Assembly (NCBI GenBank): GCA_965219415.1
Contig: OZ244742.1
Coordinates: 1,504,001-1,568,000, forward strand
Reading direction: 5' to 3'
Origin: Candidatus Marinacidobacterales bacterium
GTDB taxonomy: Bacteria; Acidobacteriota; Vicinamibacteria; Marinacidobacterales; DATDRI01
DNA length: 64,000 bases
A program made the translations under genes and the position numbers. The notes beneath the pieces are model-generated. The model searched no databases. It saw only the letters and a program-made list of their open reading frames with translations, and was not told the origin of the DNA. Positions 59,117 to 64,000 of the stretch are shown here, piece after piece (the stretch's first letter is position 1; each line of letters starts with the position of its first letter).

Positions 59117-62016
59117 TACGGTCGGGGCTGCGGTACGTCGGTGAGTGCCTCCATGATCGCGTCATGGAAGGCGGGGCGAACCTCGCGAATTCGGGTGTTG
59201 TCCCGACTCGGATGCACGCGGTTCGTCAAGAGGACGACGAAGAGCTTTTGTTCGGGGTCGATCCAAAGAGAGGTTCCCGTAAAACCGTATTCTCCGAACG
59301 AGGACGGAGAGAAGTAACGGCCGGTGGAGCTAGCCTTTGGTGGAAGGGACGGCGTGTCCCAACCCAAGGCGCGACTACTACCCGGGACCAGGTCGGCCCG
59401 TCGGGTGAACCGCTCGATGGTGGAACGCTTCACGACACGTTGCCCATCATAGACTCCGCCGTTCAGCATCATTTGGGCGAAGACGGCCATATCGTGTGCC
59501 GTGGAGAACAAACCCGCGTGGGGTGCGACACCCCCGAGCGCAAACGCATTCTCGTCGTGAACCTCGCCGGTCACGATTCTTCCGCGCCAAGGATCATCTT
59601 CAGTAGGAGCGATACGCGGCCCGAGGGACACTGGCGGATTGAACCACGTATTCACCATTCCAAGCGGCTCGAATATGGCGTCCGTCGCCATCTCGTCCAA
59701 TCCCTGCCCCGAGACTCGCTCGATAATCTCTCCTAATAGAATGAAGCCGAGATCCGAGTAGACCGATTTGGATCGAGACGCGTAATCGAGCGGGAGTCTA
59801 GAGATTTCCTCCACGTAGCGTCTCTTCACGTCGACCGCCGAGCCTTCGCGGAGAGTCTTGTAGTAATCCTTCCACCAAAGAATCCCGCTCGAATGTGCGA
59901 GAAGGTCGGCGACGGTAATCACGTCCTTGCCTTCGCCTACTAGTTCGGGCAGGTATTCTCGGAGGGTCGCTTCGAGTCTCAGCTCCTCTCTCTCGAAGAG
60001 GATCATCGCCAGGGTTGAGGTGACAACAACCTTGGTCAACGACGCGACGTCGTAGATCGTGTCCATCGTCACCGGCGGGGCATCCTTCGCGTAGCTTTGC
60101 CGACCGAAGGCACGTTGCATGGCGAGCTTGCCCTCCCGACCCACAATCACCACGCCGCCGGGGAAGGCTTTCGATTTCGACGCGTCATCTAGGAGACCGG
60201 CGGCGCCCCGCAGCCGACCCTCGGAAAAGCCGGCGTCCTTGGGGGATTCGATTTCGTCCAGCTCCATCTTTTTTCGCTCGAATGAAATGCCGTGACCAAC
60301 AGGATACTTCTCGGAGAGCCGCACGGGAAGTGTCCCCCCGATATCGATCTCACCGTAAACCGCCTTGGCAATCGCGCGCTGCGACGGCATGGAAAAATCA
60401 TAAGCGGTGACAGCGGCCGAAACATGCGGAAGGTCAACGATCGTGTACGGATCGCCCATCGCCGCTACCACGACCTTCCGTCCGCCTTTTACCAGCCCAT
60501 CGAGCGCATCCCAAAGCTCCCACGGAACGGCAGGCTGATCATTTGGTCGGCGAGACCTGACGAAACTCGCGAACACCACGACGTCGGCATTGTTCGCCAG
60601 CTTCGTCAACTCCTCGGTCCTCGCGGAAGCGTTCTCGGGTGTCAAGGTCAAGAACACGACATCCTCGGATCTCGCTTCGAGTTCATCCTTCAATGGCGCA
60701 TCCAGCAGAGGGCCACGTCGGTCCCGTTCGTAGATATAGCTGACCACGAGGACGCGGGAGGTGTCGGCGAAAGGCAGCACATCGACCTCGTGCTCGAGCA
60801 TTGTGATCGAGCGGTCGGCGATTTCTTGGACCCGCTGCTCGAAACGGGGATCGGCGACAGAACGAGGGATGTTTCGCAGATCCACGGTTCGCGGACGCTG
60901 AAGGTTGAGGCGCGACTTGGCCTGCAGAATGCGTCTCACCGATTGATCTATTCTCTTTTCTGAGAGCTCGCCGCGACCGACGGCTCGTGTCACCGCGTCC
61001 CAGGCCGTCAGCGGATCGGGCGGTACGAGAAGGACGTCGCATCCCGCCTTGACCGCTGCGATCGCCACCGCGCCCCCCCAAGAATCACCGCGCGCTCCTC
61101 CCATATCGAGGGCGTCGCTCACGATCAAACCCTTGAATTGCATCTCTTCGCGCAACACCCCTTGCAGGATCTCGGGGGAAAAAGTTGTAGGGCGATCGTC
61201 CCGCCCGTCGAGGGACGGAACTGCTATGTGCGCGGTCATGAAAGCGGCAACGTCCGCTCCGATGGCGGCCCGGAAGGGCTCGAGCTCTACTTTCTCCAGG
61301 CGAGTCCGCTCCAAACGAAGCACTGGGAGCCTTCGGTGCGAATCGACAGCTGTGGCTCCATGCCCCGGGAAGTGCTTGGCGGTCGCAAGGAGCCCCCTCT
61401 CTTGAGCACGGGCGATGAACGCCGCTCCAAGACGACCCACTCGTTCCGGATCCTCACCATAGGATCGCGTGTTAATGACCGAATTGGCCGGATTCACGTT
61501 GAGGTCCAGCACTGGTGAAAGGGTTAGATGAATACCCATCGCGCGGGCCTCCCGAGCGGTTACTTCCGCCTGAAAGCGAACATCGTCTTCACTCCCGCCC
61601 GCGCCGATCGCCATGGCGCTCGGGAACCGGGTGGCGCCTCGAACCCGAAAGGCGGCTCCCCACTCGTAGTCCGAAGCCATCAACAGTGGCACTGCCGCAA
61701 CCGTCTGCAAGCGATTCGCGATGACCGCGGTGGCCAGAGGATCACCTTGAAAGAAAACCACTCCGCCGATCCGACCCGCTGCGGCTGAGTGTTCCAAAGC
61801 TCGCAACTCCGGGGCGTCCTTATGCACGAAGAAACCGTCTGCCCGAGCTAGGATCATCTGACCAACCTTCTCGCCAAGGCTTAGAGAGGCCAGTGTTTCG
61901 CTCGCCCACCGATCTCGTATGTTTGGCGGCGGTGGAGTGGTCGACCGCACGCACGACACCATGACCAGCGCTAAGCCGATTGCGAACCGGAGTCTGGGGC
62001 GCCCAGGGTCCACCAA
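59116..62016 (-). CDS. GH3 beta-N-acetylglucosaminidase fused to serine hydrolase (NagZ-AmiE like)
   Basis: KHFPGHG..DSH, SDALDM; C-terminal ASLTK, YSD, GEVHDENA, GFTGTS, LTNRVHP. Confidence 0.92.
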   Translation of the reverse strand: MVDPGRPRLRFAIGLALVMVSCVRSTTPPPPNIRDRWASETLASLSLGEKVGQMILARADGFFVHKDAPELRALEHSAAAGRIGGVVFFQGDPLATAVIANRLQTVAAVPLLMASDYEWGAAFRVRGATRFPSAMAIGAGGSEDDVRFQAEVTAREARAMGIHLTLSPVLDLNVNPANSVINTRSYGEDPERVGRLGAAFIARAQERGLLATAKHFPGHGATAVDSHRRLPVLRLERTRLEKVELEPFRAAIGADVAAFMTAHIAVPSLDGRDDRPTTFSPEILQGVLREEMQFKGLIVSDALDMGGARGDSWGGAVAIAAVKAGCDVLLVPPDPLTAWDAVTRAVGRGELSEKRIDQSVRRILQAKSRLNLQRPRTVDLRNIPRSVADPRFEQRVQEIADRSITMLEHEVDVLPFADTSRVLVVSYIYERDRRGPLLDAPLKDELEARSEDVVFLTLTPENASARTEELTKLANNADVVVFASFVRSRRPNDQPAVPWELWDALDGLVKGGRKVVVAAMGDPYTIVDLPHVSAAVTAYDFSMPSQRAIAKAVYGEIDIGGTLPVRLSEKYPVGHGISFERKKMELDEIESPKDAGFSEGRLRGAAGLLDDASKSKAFPGGVVIVGREGKLAMQRAFGRQSYAKDAPPVTMDTIYDVASLTKVVVTSTLAMILFEREELRLEATLREYLPELVGEGKDVITVADLLAHSSGILWWKDYYKTLREGSAVDVKRRYVEEISRLPLDYASRSKSVYSDLGFILLGEIIERVSGQGLDEMATDAIFEPLGMVNTWFNPPVSLGPRIAPTEDDPWRGRIVTGEVHDENAFALGGVAPHAGLFSTAHDMAVFAQMMLNGGVYDGQRVVKRSTIERFTRRADLVPGSSRALGWDTPSLPPKASSTGRYFSPSSFGEYGFTGTSLWIDPEQKLFVVLLTNRVHPSRDNTRIREVRPAFHDAIMEALTDVPQPRP

Positions 62017-62093
62017 CGCATCTTACTACCGGTCCTTGCTTGGGAGCGCCTCCCCTTTCGGCGTCCAGTCAGCTCCGAGGTATACTGCGGGTT

Positions 62094-62702
62094 ATGAATA
62101 AGACCGTCTTGGTACTAGGACTATTCGTTTCCGTGGCCGCGGTGGCTGCGGGCGGTTCTCATCAGGAGACGACGCAGGGCGCCAAAGCCACGTTTGCGGG
62201 AGGCTGCTTCTGGTGCATGGAAGAAGCCTTCGAGAAGGTCGATGGCGTCACGTCCGCCGTCTCCGGCTACGCCGGAGGCACCAAGGCGAACCCGACCTAC
62301 AAGGAAGTCTCGGCCGGTAGGACCGGGCACACCGAAGCCGTCGAGGTCGTCTACGATCCGGGAACCGTGACTTACGCCGAATTGCTGGAGGTGTTCTGGC
62401 GCAACATCGATCCTACCGATGGAAGCGGGCAGTTCTGCGACAAGGGCTCCCAGTATCGTTCCGCCATCTTCTACCACGACGAGGAACAAAAAGGACGCAT
62501 CGAAGAATCGCTGCACTCGCTAGAGAACACGAAACCGTTCGATGAGCCAATCGTTACGGAGATCGTGCCGGCCTCGATGTTCTATCCGGCCGAGGACTAT
62601 CACCAGAACTATTACCAGAAGAATCCCATCCGCTACCGGTATTACAAGTACGGCTGCGGCCGAGCTCAGCGCCTGAAGACTCTCTGGGGACCAGAGAAAT
62701 AA
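62094..62702 (+). CDS. msrA: Peptide-methionine (S)-S-oxide reductase (exported)
   Basis: AGGCFWCME, GHTEAV, GSQYRSAIF, AEDYHQNYY; signal peptide. Confidence 0.96.
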   Translation: MNKTVLVLGLFVSVAAVAAGGSHQETTQGAKATFAGGCFWCMEEAFEKVDGVTSAVSGYAGGTKANPTYKEVSAGRTGHTEAVEVVYDPGTVTYAELLEVFWRNIDPTDGSGQFCDKGSQYRSAIFYHDEEQKGRIEESLHSLENTKPFDEPIVTEIVPASMFYPAEDYHQNYYQKNPIRYRYYKYGCGRAQRLKTLWGPEK

Positions 62703-62820
62703 AAGAAAAATAAAAAGGAATGGCGGACACGCCCCCCTCCGAACTAACCGCCGCACTCCTCGCCCTCGTTCCCTCCAACTGAATACAATAGGTGTGTTTC
62801 CCTATTCCGAAGCGCTCAGA

Positions 62821-64000
62821 ATGTCGAGAAGCCGCGAACTTGAACAACGCCAAGAAAAGCCCAAGCTCGTTCTCTGTGACGGTTGGCGGGGGGTTCAAGA
62901 ACACCTTCTAAAATCGATCCGCTCTAGCGGTTCTGTGCGCGCTCTCGAGGTACGTGAGACCGTCATGGTGGTCCCTACTGCGGCGGCCGGCCACCTCCTT
63001 CGAAATACACTCGAGCAACAGTTGCTAGAGCAGCGGGTGGGGACATTTCTGCCAACCATCACGACGATGAGTGCTCTCACCAGGAACCTCGTGGAACGTT
63101 CGCTGGGGCGCGTTCGTCTGGTCGATCCGCTCCTCCGTGAGGCGCTCTTAGAGCAGGCGCTCTCGGAAGCCGCTGAATCAGGGGCACGGCCACCCTTCAC
63201 ATCGGGAGAAGCCCTTTCCCCGCGCATTCTCAGCTTCTACGACGACATTTGGTCGGCGGGCCATCGGCTCGAAGATCTCGTTTCTCGCGCCAAGGAAGAA
63301 TTTGATGTCACCGAGGACGTTGGCGCCGAACGCATGTCTGAGCAAACCCGCTTTCTCGGCGAAGGCCTAAGACGCTACCAGGACAAGCTCTCCGCCCTGG
63401 GACTCGATGATGGGACGACGGTGTTCGCGGCCCTCATGAAGCGTGGCACGCCGTTTCCGTATCGGAGAGCCTTTCTCATCGGGCCGAGTGCGGTTACGCC
63501 CAGAGAGCTCTCCTTCCTGAGCTCTCTCGCCGATCTAAATTCGCTCGAACATCTTGTTCCCGAAAGCATGGCGCGCGCTCACCCTGTCCAAAGGCTGCAA
63601 GGTTCGGCGGCATTCGAATCGATCGGCGAATCGATGGGCGCGCCCACGAGCAGCGCCTCCCCCACGTTGCTCAGACCCGAGGGAGAGAAGGCGATCGCTT
63701 TCGTGGGACGAGATCGGGAAGAGGTGCTGGTCGGAGTCGCCCGTCTCCTCAAGGCGCGAGCGGCAACCGGTGGTCTTCCGCACTTGGAGCGGATCGCCGT
63801 CGTCGTCCCCTCCCCTCTCCCCTACCTTTACCTCGCCAAGAAGGCCCTCGGTCAAGCGGGCATTCCGTATCAATTGCAAGACGACTTTCCGCTAGCCACA
63901 GAACCCTACTTGGCCGCTTCCGATCTGGTCCTGTCTTACGTGCAGCTCGAGGGTCGCCGCAGCGCGGCGCTCGAACTGCTGCGCAGCCCATTCTTTCGTT
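62821..64000 (+). CDS. AddB-like / PD-(D/E)XK nuclease family protein (truncated by window end)
   Basis: Open frame MSRSRELEQ..VVPTAAAGHLLR..DREEVL..IAVVVP..AGIPYQ..LLRSPFF running off the window. Confidence 0.7.
   Translation, partial: MSRSRELEQRQEKPKLVLCDGWRGVQEHLLKSIRSSGSVRALEVRETVMVVPTAAAGHLLRNTLEQQLLEQRVGTFLPTITTMSALTRNLVERSLGRVRLVDPLLREALLEQALSEAAESGARPPFTSGEALSPRILSFYDDIWSAGHRLEDLVSRAKEEFDVTEDVGAERMSEQTRFLGEGLRRYQDKLSALGLDDGTTVFAALMKRGTPFPYRRAFLIGPSAVTPRELSFLSSLADLNSLEHLVPESMARAHPVQRLQGSAAFESIGESMGAPTSSASPTLLRPEGEKAIAFVGRDREEVLVGVARLLKARAATGGLPHLERIAVVVPSPLPYLYLAKKALGQAGIPYQLQDDFPLATEPYLAASDLVLSYVQLEGRRSAALELLRSPFFR

Overview
About 61% GC chromosomal segment, most likely from an Acidobacteriota genome (probably Vicinamibacteria-like). 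This assignment is inferred from an Acidobacterial-type VWA protein, bshC, a kinase-PEGA-TonB fusion and an AddB-like gene. It carries housekeeping and metabolic genes (argS, lepB, bshC, metH, rocD, gabT, glpD, msrA, nagZ-amiE/namZ) and many secreted hydrolases. Mobile DNA comprises one IS110-family element with a ~280-nt structured non-coding left end (candidate bridge RNA) and two near-identical IS256 copies, one of which splits a nucleoside hydrolase with an 8-bp target-site duplication (TSD). Many genes carry single-base indels in short homopolymers, probably long-read errors. The most notable signals are: (1) an EF-hand/DUF3179 selenoprotein hidden as two ORFs, with an in-frame UGA, a SECIS-like hairpin and an unusual U-P-I-D motif; (2) the IS110 ncRNA end and a second, possibly orphan, related structured sequence at the window start; (3) an uncharacterised coupled 4Fe-4S/Cys-rich/GntR operon; (4) a perfect 48-bp palindrome; (5) a triplicated metH 3' end hit by IS256; (6) a Ser/Thr kinase-PEGA-TonB plus FHA-RDD signalling operon.
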